A DNA stretch of 64,000 nt from Felis catus (lineage: Eukaryota): positions 135,534,001 through 135,598,000 of the forward strand of contig NC_058368.1 in the NCBI RefSeq assembly GCF_018350175.1, in the 5' to 3' direction. The notes beneath the pieces were generated by a model, which searched no databases, had not been told where the DNA came from, and saw nothing but the letters and a program-made list of their open reading frames with translations. This document shows positions 12,703 to 27,384 of the stretch, piece after piece. The translations under genes were made by a program, and so were the position numbers. Position 1 is the first letter of the stretch; each line of letters begins with the position of its first letter.

Positions 12703-15052
12703 TGTTGTGGATTTTTCAAGAGAATTATTTTGTTTCTATGGCCTTTTTTCATTTTCTGAAATTTGGCGATAATAATCCCCCCTATAACCTACCATATATT
12801 CAGTCCTTAAAATAGATGAGTCACTATATCAGGCACTAAAATATACTATCTCTAATCCGCAGGACAACCATGCACAATAAGCACTGTTTCCCCAAATTTA
12901 CAGATGAGAAGCTTCATAGCTGTAACTGTTAGAGCTGGGATTCAGATTCAGGTCTGTCTGGCTCCAAAAATAACAATCTTTTCACAATGCTCTACTGCCC
13001 ACAGAAAATCTGTTGGAAGGTCAGTAACTGTAACAAAACAATAAAAGTAGATATTCTTATAACAAATGTTTTCTCCTGAGCCATGGAAGTCACAGTTTCT
13101 GCATCCTCAACTACATTAGAATCTTTGGAGCCTCCAGAAAGGAGGCTTTGAGAGTGGAAATACTTCCTGATTAACTTGTGTGATGTGTTATAAAGTCATT
13201 TCTAAAATATATACAATCAAGTCCTATAGATGATTAATAAGTATGGCTAGTAGAGTAGGAACCAGAAGGTCCAAGAGATAGACAGACAGCTTTTTGAGTC
13301 AACAAGAAAAATCACTTTGTAACAAGGCATGCGAGTTCTTCTGCAGGTGGGGATCCTTGAGAGAGAATAGAGACTTTGGGCAGGGATGCCTGGAATATTG
13401 ATTCAACCACATTCAAAGAACAATGGTGAAGAAAAAGCACACATGCACTCAGTCCCTACCCTCACAAAGCTTTCAATCTAATGGTGGGGAGACAGGTATT
13501 GATCAAATAATCCCACAAACATGATCATGTAAAAAATACTCTGAAAGAAAAGCACAGGGTTCTTTGACAGCATATAGATCAGTGGCCTTGATCTAATGGA
13601 AGGCAAGAAGGAATCATGTACAGTGAAGAAAGACTTCCCTGAGGAATTTCTATTTTCCCAGTAAGAGTTCAATGTTCCCAAGTTAGCCGATGGCATGTTC
13701 TGTTTTATGTAACAATGACAGCTAGGAACAGCCTACTCTCCAACCTCCACTTCAAAGCCACCAACCAAACCCATGAGATAATGGATATGAGCCATTAAAT
13801 TGCCACCTGCCAATTTTTCTTGTCACTTTCTCTTCCAGGGTTTGGATTTCTAAGTTTTAGGTTTAGCAGCATGGACTCAATTGCTTCCCTTTTTATGACC
13901 CTTCTGCGCTTCTCTTCCCCACTCTTTATACCCAACCTAACAACCGTATACCCATGGGGTGATGGCAATTCTCCCATATCTTCAAAAACAAGGAACTTAG
14001 GATTCTTGCCAGATTTTTTAAAACAAAGAAAGATCCCTCCCAGCACCCTACAAGCCAACTGAATTGACTGAGAGCCTATAATATTTGGTCAGCTACATCC
14101 ACCCAAGGATGTCTTTAGGTAGCCAGGAAGAGCAAGATCATAATAGACAAGCCCCTACCTCACTCCATAGGTCATGCAAAAGCTGGAGGAATGTTATAGT
14201 TTCAATGTTTAGATCCCAGCAGACTTGGCCCTTCCCACAGAGACCATCTAGTCTTAAGGAAAGACTGTCCCCTCTTCTCTATTAGTAGGCAGGGGCTGCC
14301 TCACCATCCCCTCGAGAACCAGGAAAGCCTATTATCTATCTCTTAGATTTAGTGAACCAAACAGAAGTTTGATTTCTTTTCAGATAAAAGAGATGATGCA
14401 AATGAGAATTTTATCTTGCACGGAGGAGTGACAAAGTAGGAGAATGAATCCTACTTGATTACAATCTTCCATCATTCTGATTTTATAATTACTGAATGGA
14501 ATCAATCAGCTTTCAATTGTTACCTTGGTGAAAGATTAAAACATCATTACTTGTCCTACATATTTCACACTTTAGCAAATTTTAATAAACTAAATGCATG
14601 AGAAATGGTTATATTATCTTTCATGATATTGGGATGCTAATGACATTTCTATTGATTTTAATTCACATTTGTTGGTCAAAAAGAGTCAGATTCCAACGAG
14701 GCATGGAATCCTATAATCAACACTAACAAATGAAGACCACTGAACACTGAAATAGGCCAAATGAAATCATTAATCAGAAATATCATAAAATAATTACCAA
14801 AAAACTAAGGAGGTCTTATCTTCCTAATGAACATCTTTTATGGTATATTGATTCATTTATAACTCTTACACATTGGTGATTTCTCTATTAAAATGTTTTC
14901 CGTAAGTATAGAAAAAGCACTTTGAAAAGACAAAATCGGAAAAGCACCAATTTATCAGCAAAGGGGATCATACACACCTCCCCCTAAAAAGTGAAAAAGA
15001 GTCCTGAAGATCATATAGGACATGCAACCCCTTGTTAAAACTATTCGCATCT

Positions 15053-15468
15053 GGGACACCTGAGTGGCTGGTCAGTTGAGCGTCTGACTTCAGCTCAGGT
15101 CATGATCTTGTGGTTTGTGAGTTCATGAGTAGGAGCCCCAGAGTGGGCTGACTACTGTTAGCACGGAGCCGACTTCGAATCCTCTGTTCCCCTCTCTCTC
15201 TGCCCCTCCCCCACTCACACTCTTTCTCAAAAATAAATAAACATTAGGGGTGCCTGGGTGGCTCAGTCAGGTGAACATCTGACTTTGGCTTAAGTCATGA
15301 TCTCCCGGTTTGTGAGTTCGAGCCCCGCTGTCTGCGCTGACAACTTGGAACCTGCTTGGGATCCTCTCTCTCTGCCCCTCCCCTGCGCTCTCTCTCTCTC
15401 CCTCTCTATCCCTGAAAAATAAATAAATATTTATCAAAAATAAATAAATAAGTAAACATTAAAAAATT
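15053..15468 (+). mobile_element. Nested Can-SINE pair
   Basis: Heads at 15053 and 15247; TAAACATT repeated around the inner copy. Confidence 0.9.
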
Positions 15469-16802
15469 TTTCACGTCTGAAAAATTCTTAGCCCAGTAGG
15501 AGGAAAGATTATACAGAGTAATCAATAACAGAGAACAGAGTAATAGTGAAAGGTGAAGGTTCTGCAGTTAAACATTATGGCTTCAGGTAACTTTGTCTAC
15601 TTTACTTCTTTGTGCCTCAGCCCCTTCATCTGTAAAATGGGGGGTGGGGGGTAGGTAATAATAATAGTACTCATTTCATAGTCCTGGTCGCAGGATGAAA
15701 TGAGATGATGTGTATGTATAAAGCATGGTTAAAAACAGCATTAAACTTCAGGTATGTGGAGATGTTGTTTTGATTCTCTCCAATGCTCTCTTGGTTTGAA
15801 TTTTTTTCCATTACTTATTCTCTCTAGCTGGTCAAGTGGACTATGCCTCCTAGGGGACAAATCAAGTCTGGGAGGGTCTGATATCTGGAGTTCACACTTA
15901 CAAGAGGCAAACAACGAGGGGTGAGGTGGGGGCAAGACAGACCAGGCTTTTAAATGCTCTACAATGTGAAAATATCCCCCCACAGCCTCAGTCTTTAATA
16001 GACCTATAAAAATCATGATAAATGTCATCTATGGGACTTAATTTCTTGTAAAAGCTGGAAAAGGCAATGTTTGTCTCCTAGAGAATGTAGAAGGTAAAAT
16101 ACAGATGGCCCTGTTAAGACAATGAGTGAAGACTGGGGAGCCCAGCCTTATAACAACAAGGACCCAGAGAGTTACAGGAAAGTTGCTGGATGGGCCTGAG
16201 CCAAGGTGACTTGAATCTCCAAGAGGTGGGAGGTAGAGGAACAGAAATGGGGGTCCCAGGTGATACCACTGGGGATTTCCAATATCAAATCAACTCTTCA
16301 AAAAAATAATAATAAAATAAAATAAAATAAAATAAAATAAACTCTTCAAAGGCCCCATTTCCTCAACTGAAAATTTCCTGGACTTCTTTCCATTTGGGTT
16401 TTTCCGAGAACCTCAGGCCACCAATTCAACACACTATTCTTCAAGTTCCAGTTAAATTCGTTCTACTACCTTTTTAAATCAGATTTTTATTATCCCACAT
16501 CTTCCTTTAAGGTTGTTTGAAATTTTAGAACAGTGTGATATCAAGATTTTTTTTAATCAAAGCCCTAGGTCAGAACACCTCTTGTATGTGCTGCAGAAAA
16601 AAATTACATAAGCCACCCATACCTTGTCCACAATGATGACAACGGTAACAGTTATTGTTTGTTTATGGAACACTCACTATAAACCAGGTATCACACTAAT
16701 TATGCTTTACTGGCATTAATGTACTTAACCTTTACAACTGCCCAATGAAATAGGTTCAGTTATAACAGATAAGGAAACTGAAGTCAAGAGAGGTCACTTG
16801 TC

Positions 16803-16981
16803 AGAGGGGAGGTGGCTGGGGGGATGAGTGAAATAGGTGAAGGCGATTAAGTGTAGACTTAACTTGGTGAGCACTGAGTAATGTACAGAATTGTTGAATC
16901 ACTGTACTGTACATCTGAAACTAATGCAACCCTGTATGTTAAGTATACTGGGAATTTAAAAAAAGAGAGAGAGAGAGAGAG
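16803..16981 (+). mobile_element. Short L1 3'-end fragment inserted in a MIR
   Basis: L1 3'UTR-like sequence ending in an A/(GA)n tail; TSD AGAGAGGTCACTTGTC (16787-16802) / AGAGAGGTCCCATGTC (16982-16997). Confidence 0.75.
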
Positions 16982-17244
16982 AGAGAGGTCCCATGTCCAA
17001 GGTCACAAACTTGGTGGTGAAACCAGGATTAGTTCATTTTTTCAGCAGCTATTCATTAGGGGTAAAATATACCAAGTAAGTCACACTTTTTCAATCTAGG
17101 TTAGAGAAAAGAGAGGTGTATTTATTCACAATAAATAAGTGAATTTATTCACAAGAGCTATAAAAGCAAACACACATCACAAATAAATAGTTTTACTTCA
17201 TGGACCTTGTTGCAGGTCTCATTTTTCAAAACTAGCCACAACAA

Positions 17245-17900
17245 TAACTCACATCCTACATGCCCTCGATGTGATGTTAACTCTCCTCACATCAAGATAT
17301 GGAAATCTAGGTGTGCCTGGCTGGCTCAATCGGAGGAGCATGTGACTCTTGATCTCAGGGTTGTGAGTTCCAGCCCCACGTTGGGTGGAAAGATCACTTA
17401 AAAATAAAATCTTTTTTAAAAAGATACGGAAATCTAGGTTCCCTTCTTGAATGTGGGAGGGTTTATGACTAACGGTGGAAGTGACACTATGTACTTCCAA
17501 AACTAGTTCACAGGAAGTTCACAGCTTCTGCCTGGTTCTGTTGAAATGCTTGCTTTTGGAACCCAGCTACCACACCATGGGAAAGTCCAAGTACAAAGAA
17601 GACAGCTCTAGATGTTCCAGCCGAGTTTCCAGACAAGATCTCAGCCAACAGTGAACATCAACCTGTAGACACAAGAGTGAAAAAGCCTTTGGATGATTTC
17701 AGACCATCATCAAGTTGACCCCTATTCTCCAAATGTTTCCAGCTAAAGCCCAGACATCATGGAGCAGAATAAGCTGTGTCCATTGTGCTGATTATATTCT
17801 TTCTCAATTCTGGACCCACAATACCCATGAATGTAATAAAATGGTTTCTGTTTTATAGCAAGTTTGGGATAATAAATTAAGCAGCAATAGCCACTGGAAC
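17245..17900 (+). mobile_element. MLT1 LTR interrupted by a short SINE (17310-17420)
   Basis: MaLR motifs CAGCTTCTGCCTGG, GGAGCAGA, AATAAAATGG...GCAGCAATAG; SINE TSD AAGATA(T/C)GGAAATCTAG. Confidence 0.65.
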
Positions 17901-18922
17901 AGCTTTTAACAAACATCATTGGTTTTTGCAATTAATCAAGCACCAAACCACAGAAACGTAAAATTGTAGGTAACCTGTTCAAATTGTGTGTTGACCTTTT
18001 CCTTAACTTAATCATGTTATTCTTTAGTTCTTCCAAAAAAGAAGAGCCTCTTTAGCTTAACAGGGAATTTCTGAAATATTCATTAAAATGATCACAGCAG
18101 ATACATACTGCATTAAAATAGGAAAAGGCTTCCAGTATGATATTAAATGGAAAGAAAGCAGAATACCAATTTTTATACATGTTATGATTATCCTATATAA
18201 AGATTCCTTATGCAAATGGAAAAAAGTCTAGAAGGGAACTCTGGAAAAATTAAAATAATTAACCTGATATTTGGTAAAGTCTCTTTTTTTTCACAATTGA
18301 TACATGATGTGGATATATGACTTGATATATGCTTGATATATGATATATAGATAAAAATATATTAAACTAAAATCATCAGAGAAAGAAATGGGGCAAATTT
18401 CCACTCCCCTCCTAGGAACTCTTTCACATGACTGGAAACATTTCCTTCATTACACAATCTCTCCGTGTCTCGCTTTTCTTTCCTAAGAAATGGGAGTAAT
18501 AATGACACTTATTTCATAGAGTTGTTATGAGAAGTAAATGAGTTGAGTTAATTAGGGGAAGCCTTAAATAGTGCCTGACACATAGAGAATAACAAACATT
18601 AGCTCTTTGAATTATCTCATTCACTCCTAATATTGTAGATGAAGATCATCTCCATTAATCCTGCCTTTAATTCCCAAACCGTGCCACTAACAAGCACTGG
18701 AGGACTGAACTAGGAATGAAGACATCTGTGTCCCAGTGTTAGCTAAGGAAATGAGCTGTGTGATCTTGGCCAAGCCACTCAGCCTTCATTTCCTTGTGCG
18801 TATAATGAATCGGAGGCCTACCTTTTTGGATTTTCAACTGAAAATCAACTGACATAATGCTCTGAAGGGATTTGGTCAAAGTCCAAAACAAATGCCGTTT
18901 GTCAATCTTCTTATTTTACCAA

Positions 18923-19333
18923 TTCTATTCATTTGCTAGGGCTGTTATAACCGAGTACTGTATACGGAGTGACTGAAACAACAGAAGTTTATCATCAGCA
19001 GGGTTGGTTCCTTCCACCTACTGTGAAGAAGAATCTGTTCCAGTCCTCTCCGCTGGCTTCTGGTAGTCTGCAGGCAATGTTTGGTGTTCCTTGGCTTATA
19101 GGCACATCAACCTGATCTCTGCCTTAATATTCACATCTGCTCTCCCTATGTGCCTATCTCTGTATCCAAATTCCCCCTTTTCATGAGGATGCCAGCCATA
19201 TTGGATTAATACCCACCCTAAAGAACTCATTTTAACTTGATTACCTCTATGAAACCCTATCTCCAAATAAGGTCACATTCTGGAGGTCAGGACTTCAACA
19301 GGTAAATGTTGTGACACAATTCAACCCATAACA
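18923..19333 (-). mobile_element. MLT1C-type MaLR LTR
   Basis: GCTAGGGCTGTTATAAC...CCAAATAAGGTCACATTCTG...AATTCAACCCATAACA. Confidence 0.8.
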
Positions 19334-20035
19334 TTGATGAAGAAATGAAATCCCCAAATGGGTAGTCTATTTAGGAAGAGTGGGACATAAATCCACCAGA
19401 CATTGACAACTTGTTTGATGCATACTGAAAGAAATGTGCAAAACACTTCTTTTGAAATTCCAGACTAAAGCAACTCTGACTGAATCCTTTTATGAACCTC
19501 AAATTCAGCCCAGATTCATAAATCCTTGAAGAAAACCCAAGCCAATTTTGGAGTTTCCGACAAGATTCAGAGGCTGAATGGATCAGACAGAATTTCATTT
19601 GGTATTTAGGATTATTGAATCTAACCTGAAACTTAATGCAAATTCATGGAACACAAACCCCTTACAAATTGAATAGAAGCAAATACTAAGGGCTCATGAG
19701 CCATCTGGAATGCACATGCTGAATGTTGAGGTTTTTCCATTGCAATAACAAGGCAGGGAGGGGAAAGCCAGGCTGGTAAGTTCTCACCATCACCAACTCT
19801 ATAATATATTGTATTTGCATCTCATGTGAATTTGAATTATTTCAAATAGTGTAATATACAAATAATAAGATCTCACTTTGTGAGCAAAATTTTAAACAAT
19901 ATGAAATCTCCTTAAATATAAACTTTGTCAAAGCTTGCAAAATTTCAAGAAGGGCAGGCTGACTGACTTGCAAACTTTGTGTTGGTTAATGCCATAGGAA
20001 GGTGTCCCTTTAACTGGTTAACAGAAATACCTGCA

Positions 20036-21454
20036 TGGCACAAAAACGGACACTCAGATCAATGGAACAGAATAGAGAACCCAGAAATGGACCCACAAAC
20101 GTATGGCAAACTAATCTTTGACAAAGCAGGAAAGAATATCCAATGGAATAAAGACAATCTCTTCAGCAAATGGTGCTGGGAAAACTGGACAGCGACAGGC
20201 AGAAAAATGAACCTGGACCACTTTCTCACACCATACACAAAAATAAACTCAAAATGGATTAAAGACCTAAACGCAAGACAGGAAGCCATCAAAATCCTCG
20301 AGGAGAAAGCAGGCAAAAACCTCTTTGAGCTTGGCCACAGCAACTTTTTACTCAATATGTCTCTGGAGGCAAAGGAAACAAAAGCAAAAATGAACTATTG
20401 GGACCTCATCAAAATAAAAAGCTTCTGCACAGTGAAGGAAACAATCTTATAGCAAAACTAAAAGGCAACCAACAGAATGGGAGAAGATATGTGCAAATGA
20501 CATATCACATAAAGGGTTAGTATCCAAAATCTATAAAGAACCTATCAAAATCCACGCCCAAAAAAACAAATAATCCAATGAAGAAATGGGCAAAAAGACA
20601 TGAACAGGCACTTCTTCAAAGAAGACATCCAGATGGCGAACTGACACATGAAAAGATGTTCAACATCACTCATCATCAGGGAAATACAGATCAAAACCAC
20701 AATGAGATATCACCTCACACCTGTCAGAATGGCTAACATTAACAACTCAGGCAACAACAGATGTTGAAGAGTATGCAGAGAAGGACGGTCTCTTTTTGCA
20801 CTGCTGGTAGGAATGCAAACTGGTGCAGCCACTCTGGAAAACAGTAGGGAGGTTCCTCAAAAAATTAAAAATAGAAATGCCCTAAAACCCAGCAATTGCA
20901 CTACTAGGTATTACCCAGGGGATACAGGTATGCTGTTTCAAAGGGGCACATGCACCCCAAAGTTTATAGCAGCACTATCAACAATAGCCAAAGTATGGAA
21001 AGAGCCCAAATGTCCATCAACAGATGAATGGATAAAAAAGATGTGGTATATATATATATACAATGGAGTATTGCTTGGCAATCAAAAAAGAATGAAATCT
21101 TGCCATTTGCAACAATGTGGATGGGACTAGAGGGTATTATGCGAAGCGAAATTAGTCAGAGAAAAATAAATATCACATTACTTCACTCTTATGAGGACTT
21201 TAAGATACAAAACAGATTAGGGAAGGGAAGCAAAAATAACATAAAAACAGGGAGGGGGACAAAACATAAGAGACTCTTAAATATAGAGAACAAAAAGAGG
21301 GTTGCTGGAGGAGTTGTGGGAGGGGGGATGGTCTAAATGGGTAAAGAGCATTAAGGAATCTCCTCCTGAAATCATTGCTGCACTATATGCTAACTAACTT
21401 GGATGTTAAATAAATAAATAAGTAAATAAATCTTCACAGAAAAAAAATTAAAAA
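20036..21454 (+). mobile_element. 5'-truncated LINE-1 (ORF2 C-terminus + 3'UTR + A tail)
   Basis: ORF 19979-20452 contains [17 protein letters not shown]...KSFCT; near-identical to 33889-35270; TSD-like AGAAATACCTGCA (20023-20035) / AGAAACACCTGTA (21455-21467). Confidence 0.95.
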
Positions 21455-21544
21455 AGAAACACCTGTAATCCTTGATCAGCAGAAACTATTACATATGGAC
21501 ATCCAAACTTGACCAATGGTTTGAATAGCTAATATGCTCTCACT

Positions 21545-22212
21545 TTATTTTTTTTAAGTTTATTTATTTATTTTGAGAGAGAGCACAACCAGGAGAGAGG
21601 CAGAGAGAGAGGGAGACAGAGAGAATCCCAAGCAGGCTCTGCACTGTCAGTGCAGAGCCCTATTCAGGGCTTGACCCCATGAACTAGGAGATCATGACCC
21701 GAGCTGAAGTCAAGAGTCGGAAGTTTAACTGATTGAGCCACCCAGGCGCCCCTGTGCTCTCATTTTAAGTTTGACAGTTGCTAAGAATTAAAATCTTTTG
21801 GAGCACTTGGGTTGCTCAGTGAGCTATGCATCTCATGGTTCAGTTCATGAGTTCGAACCCCACATCAGGCTGTCAGTGCAGAGCCCACTTCAGATCCTGT
21901 GTCCCCATCTCTCTCCACTCCTCCCCCAGTCATGCATTCTCTCTCTCTCTCTCTCAAAAATAAACTTTTAGAAAAAGAATTAAAGGGATGCCTGGTGGCT
22001 CAGTCGGTTGGGCATCCGACTTCAGCTCAGGTCATGATCTCATGGTTCGTGGGTTCGAGCCCTACATTGAGCTCTGTGCTGACATCTGAGAGCCTGGAGC
22101 CTGCTTCAGATTCTGTGTCTCCCTCTCTCTCTTCTCCTCCCCCACTTGAGCTCTGTCTCTGTCTGTCTCTCAAAAATAAATAAATGTAAAAATTTAAAAA
22201 TTTTTAAAAAGG
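21545..22212. mobile_element. Can-SINE cluster (one minus, two plus)
   Basis: Minus copy about 21549-21753; plus copies about 21800 and 21985; ATTAAAATCTTTTG flanking repeat. Confidence 0.9.
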
Positions 22213-22607
22213 GATTAAAATCTTTTGAATAGTCTTTAACAGTGTCATGCAAGTGTTTACTTAAGTGATGGCCCAATGACTGAAAAACTCACTGGAAAAT
22301 CAGTCTCTTTGGACTGGAAGTTAGTCCAGTTCAAAAAGCTACAGAAGTCCAGATACCAACCTCAAAATACCCTATTGTTAAATTAGCAAAGTGTATTATG
22401 TGAGAGATGTAAGGCTAAGAAAACAAAAGCACTTCAAGCAAAAAGAGGCCAAAACAGGTGTAGGGTTTTACACTTTGAGAGTACATCCCCTCTGCTTTAC
22501 ACTTACTTATTCCTGTGGGAAAATTAGCCTTCGCTTACAAAGATTTTAATTATGCAAAGCCCTCCAGGAACATGTCTCTTGGATTAAGGGCCACCATGCT
22601 GTATTTT

Positions 22608-22995
22608 CTTAACAATTTCATCGAAATATCACTTATACACCATGAGATTCACTCCTCCTGAGTGTACAATTCAATGATTTTTTGTAAATTTACTGAATTA
22701 TGTAACCATAACCATACTCTAGCTTTAGAGCATTTTGATCACCTCGGTAAGATTTCTCATGCCCATTTACAATTAATCCCCATTCCTACCTCCAGCAACC
22801 TACTAATCTACTTTTTGTTTCCTTAGAGTTGCCTTTTCTGGACATTTCATGCAAATGAAATCGTACAATACATAGTCTTTTGTGTCTCGCTTCTTTCATT
22901 CAGCATGATGTTTCTCAGTACATCCATGTTGTAGAACGGTTCTGTATTTCATACCTCTTTATTGCTAAATGGTATTCCATTTCATGGATCCTGTA
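22608..22995 (-). mobile_element. L1MB-type 3' fragment
   Basis: Reverse L1M 3'UTR motifs (TGTACAATTCAATGATTTTT; TTTATTGCTAAATGGTATTCCAT). Confidence 0.7.
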
Positions 22996-23062
22996 ATTGT
23001 TTTCAGGCTTGAGTTTAGATGGCCCAAAGGCATAGCCACTTCTTACTATATGTGCCAGATGT

Positions 23063-23558
23063 AAGTATGGCAGAAAATACCCAAATGTGGCCACCAACAA
23101 TTCCTCCCCTCTTTCTGCACACTCCTAATATTGAGAGGTGGAGTCTACTTTCCTTCCTTCACTCTAGAATCTGGACCAGCCCTGTCACTTGTCTTGTCCA
23201 ATAGATGTAGCGGCAGTGATGTCCTGTCACTTCTGAGCCCGGTTGAGAGAAGTGGCAGCTTCTGCTTCCTCTTGGAAGTCAACCATCCTACTACAAAGAA
23301 TTGAGGGCTGGTCTACCGGATGATGAGACATCCCAAGGAGAGAAACTTTTGACCGTAAGAGGCCTTCTCGGGTGTTCAGGCCCCAGCCAAGCTCTCAGCT
23401 GAATGTAGCGCCATGAGTGACTGCAGTTACACCCATATGTTGCTGAGAAACCAGCCAGATTAGCCCAGACAACTCATATAATGAGAAATAATAGATTGTT
23501 GCTTTAAGCCACTCCCTTTTTGGAGCAATTCGCTATGTAGCAATAGGCTACTGAAACA
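23063..23558 (+). mobile_element. MLT1 MaLR LTR
   Basis: Ends TTGCTTTAAGCCACT...TATGTAGCAATAGGCTACTGAAACA. Confidence 0.65.
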
Positions 23559-24584
23559 GAACAAGTTAAACAAAGTCTTTCTCTTCCATTTTAATTCGTG
23601 TTGATTTTGTACTTTTTGAGTTTTTATAGTTGTATGTCTTCGCTTCCAAGAGATTTCTAATGGGCCTTGACTTCAACATCACTTCCTTGGCTGTTGGTGA
23701 TACAATGAAGAGTTTTACATCGGTCAGCCTACTCTCTGATATTCATATGCTGAAATCTTAAGGGAAAGTTTTAAATTCTCGGACGAGAATCACCCGGAAA
23801 GCTTTATAAAAATGGATGCTCCACCCTCCCCTCCCCTCTTTCACCACAATAAATAAGGAATCAGTATCCAGCTGCTCCCATAACACTTTACAAGTTAATT
23901 TAATAATCTCACCAGGAAAACTCAATAACTCAATCAAGTATCTCCTGAATTTTGATTAAAGGCAAATAAGCATGCTAAACACTGTGCATAAAGACATAAA
24001 AACTATCAAAATATAACCCTTGCCCTCAAAAAGTTTAGAATCCAGTTGCAAAAAAAAAAAGAAAATATATCATGTCAGTATCAGTGGAACATTTAATCAG
24101 CCTACACTGGAGATACAAAATTAGGTAATTTTAACTTACACAATGTTAGCTATCAATTATATCTCAATAAAACTGTGGGGAATGTCTTCCCTCTGTGGAA
24201 AGCCATGCTGACCCCTTTCCATACATTTGGTCCAGGAGTTACTGTCTCTGGCCTAGCTAATCAGAGGACTGCATCCTTCCGGCCACAGTGATAAATTCAG
24301 GGATGAACATGTAACCTAATCACAGGGAATGAGACACAATCACTAGACTTTTGTTGGGACTATGAGAAAGAGGTACTTTTTTTTTTTTTTTTTTTTTTTA
24401 GAGCTATTAACAACACCTTGCCTCCTCAGGAGGAAAGAAGCCTGTCTTAGAAGAAAACTGAACATTAGGAAAACAGAACTGGAAGTTGTCTAGAGAAATT
24501 GGACCCTGATGGTATCAACTGAACACCTCTTTCATGGCACACTGAAAGCTAGTTCCTGCTCTGGACTTTTCAACTCTCTGAGCT

Positions 24585-24587
<3 letters not shown>

Positions 24588-24630
<43 letters not shown>
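24588..24630. repeat. (CA)n microsatellite
   Basis: Direct reading, about 21 units. Confidence 0.95.
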
Positions 24631-24632
<2 letters not shown>

Positions 24633-26852
24633 GACATACCTTTTATTGCTTAGGTCAGTTTGAGATGGATTTTCTATCACTCGTAATACTTATTTCTTAG
24701 AAGCATGTTTATCATCTGTAAAATGAGGATAATACTTGCTACCAGGCTTTGGTGGGTCTGAGTATTTTGGAAAATATAAAGCATATTCAAATATAAAGTA
24801 TTTTCCTACTTCCTCTTGTCCTGTTCCTCCCTGTTCCTTGCATACTAACACTTTTAAAGCATAAAACATAATGCTGGACCAAAAGAACATTTTCATTACC
24901 AGATATTCCCGTTCTGTGTTCAGTTCCATGGAATGTTTCATCTCGTAGAATTCTCTGAAACCAGATCAGCAAAGTTCTGTTTCAGTGAGCCATTTTTTCT
25001 TTAGGTCACAAAAACAGCTTCTGCAAATAAAATCCTATGTTAAAAATGGTGTTCATGAAAAAAAATTTACCTGGGATACATGCGAACATGCTTTGGAAAT
25101 GAAATTGCCTAGGAGATTCACTGTTGATGTTTGGAACACTGTCATCACTACTAATTAAAGTCCACTTTCCTTCTGGTTTCTTGATCGTGGGACTTGCTAC
25201 TCAAAAAAAGACACAGCCAAGTGGGGAGCCAATAATGAAAGCTCTTTGGTCCTTATTCAAACGGCAGATTTTCTTTTCAATAATCAACTGCTCATTTTAC
25301 TTCTAGAATTCTCTTTCCTTCATTTCTGCTCTTCCCTCCTTTTCATGATTCCTTAAACCACCTTTGAAATTTGATTCTTTGATTTGACCCATCTGCAATA
25401 TTTATTCCTCAAAACTACTATCAGTGCCTTCGCAGAAATTTATCTGATGCCTGTGAACATCAGAGCACAGGAATATAAAAAAATCAGCAAACAAAAGCAG
25501 TATTTTGGTATGTGAATTCTATCTCAATAAAGCTGTTACTTAAAAAGAAAAAAAAAAAAAAAGCAATGAGTTAATACTGATCCAGCCCTCAAAGAACAAA
25601 TACAGAGTCACATACTGCTCCTCCCCAGAAACAAACCGTGTCCAGGGTTCATCAGCATGAACGATGGTGATATTCTTCTCTCGGCATCCAAATAAAACCC
25701 AGCAAACCCTCCCTCAAGTGTTACCAGTGAGGCATGTGGAATCACAGTGAGTGAATTGAACTGATAAAGGCATTTTATCTGCCAGCATTTAAATGTGCCC
25801 TTTAAAGACTAAAATCAATTCCAAGGTCCCTATTTATACTCTGGTGGGACCCATGTGTATATATAGCAAAACAGCCATTAGGAAAGAGGCTTTGCATCTT
25901 TCTACATAATCCAAAATGATGGCAAATTATGATGTGGTGATTAAATCAAAACCATACATAAGAAAAAATATATTGTGGACTGGATATACGCAAAGCTACC
26001 TTCTTTTTAAATTTAACTTTCCATTCCATTTTTTATGTTTAATCCCACCTTGCCAGTGCACTCTCCCTGTAATTCATTCTCTAGCTCAGCTGGGCTCACT
26101 GCTACTTAGAATGGCAGATACAACAGTGAAAAGATGATGTCACCCTTTAGCCAAATTGCACTATTATTACAGAACTGCATGTACTCTCATTCATTTATCT
26201 CTGCTGACATCGCTCCACGGGAAGGTTTTCCAGGGCAGATGCGAGCTCCCTTGGCAACAAAAGTGGTAGAGAGTGCACATTCACTTTAAAATCCTGAGAG
26301 GTAGAATTTAGTAAATCTTGACTCTTTGGAAGCATATTGTGAATAAAGGAGACACCTAATGTCCTCAAATGTATTCTGATTAAAAACCTCAACCTTGAGT
26401 ATGAAACAACCCCCAAAATTTATCCTCATCACAGACATATTTTCTCCATCTAAAGGCATGCTTTTGACCCATAAAAATCATGCAGACTAAAGTAGTCTAT
26501 TTGGCAGGTATAGGTATATATGCTAAGAAATGACATTACACTTTAACATTTGATTAGGAGTTGAGCAAAAATTAGTAAAAGTTAATTATGCAGAGTTCTA
26601 TCCAAGTGTGTAAAAACAGCTTCAAATTTGAATACAAGCATTAGAGAAACAGAAAGGAGTTTTTGAAAAGGAAAGTAAGCAATCAGAGAGGCGGTTGAGA
26701 ACAGAAAAGGCAAATCAGGAAATGAGAGTTGAAAGAAAACCCAGGAAAAATCAGGTTCATTTGAGGGATTCTTTCCCCCCCAAAACTGCTCTTCCTCTTT
26801 GTTTCCTCCCTGGCTCTTTGGAGAAGTAAATAACATTTAAAAATACAGTTTC

Positions 26853-27068
26853 TGGGGCGCCTGGGTGGCTCGGTCGGTTGAGCGACCGACTTAGGCTCAG
26901 GTCATGATCTCATGGTCTGTGAGTTCGAGCCCCGAGTTAGGCACTGTGCTGACAGCTCAGAGCCTGGAGCCTGCTTCTGATTCTGTGTCTCCCTCTCTCT
27001 CTACCCCTCCCCCACTCATGCTCTGTCTCTCTCTGTCTCAGAAAGAAGTAAACATTAAAAAAATTTTT
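26853..27068 (+). mobile_element. Can-SINE
   Basis: TSD ATACAGTTTCT. Confidence 0.92.
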
Positions 27069-27166
27069 CATACAGTTTCTTTTTTCTCTTATCTTTTTGA
27101 AATACAGTTAACGCACAGAACAGAAATTCCGATAGTACAAAAGGGTATCTGAAAAATAGGAAGTCT

Positions 27167-27353
27167 TGAGGCACCTGGGTGACTCAGTCTGTTGAGCGTC
27201 CGGCTTTGCCTCAGGTCATGATGTCACAGCTCATGAGTTCAAGCCCCACATGGGGCTCTGCACTGAGTCTGCTTGGGATTCTTTCTCTCTCACCTCTCTC
27301 TCAGACCCTTTCCAAATCATGCTTTCTCTCTGTCAAAATAAATAAATAAATTT

Positions 27354-27384
<31 letters not shown>

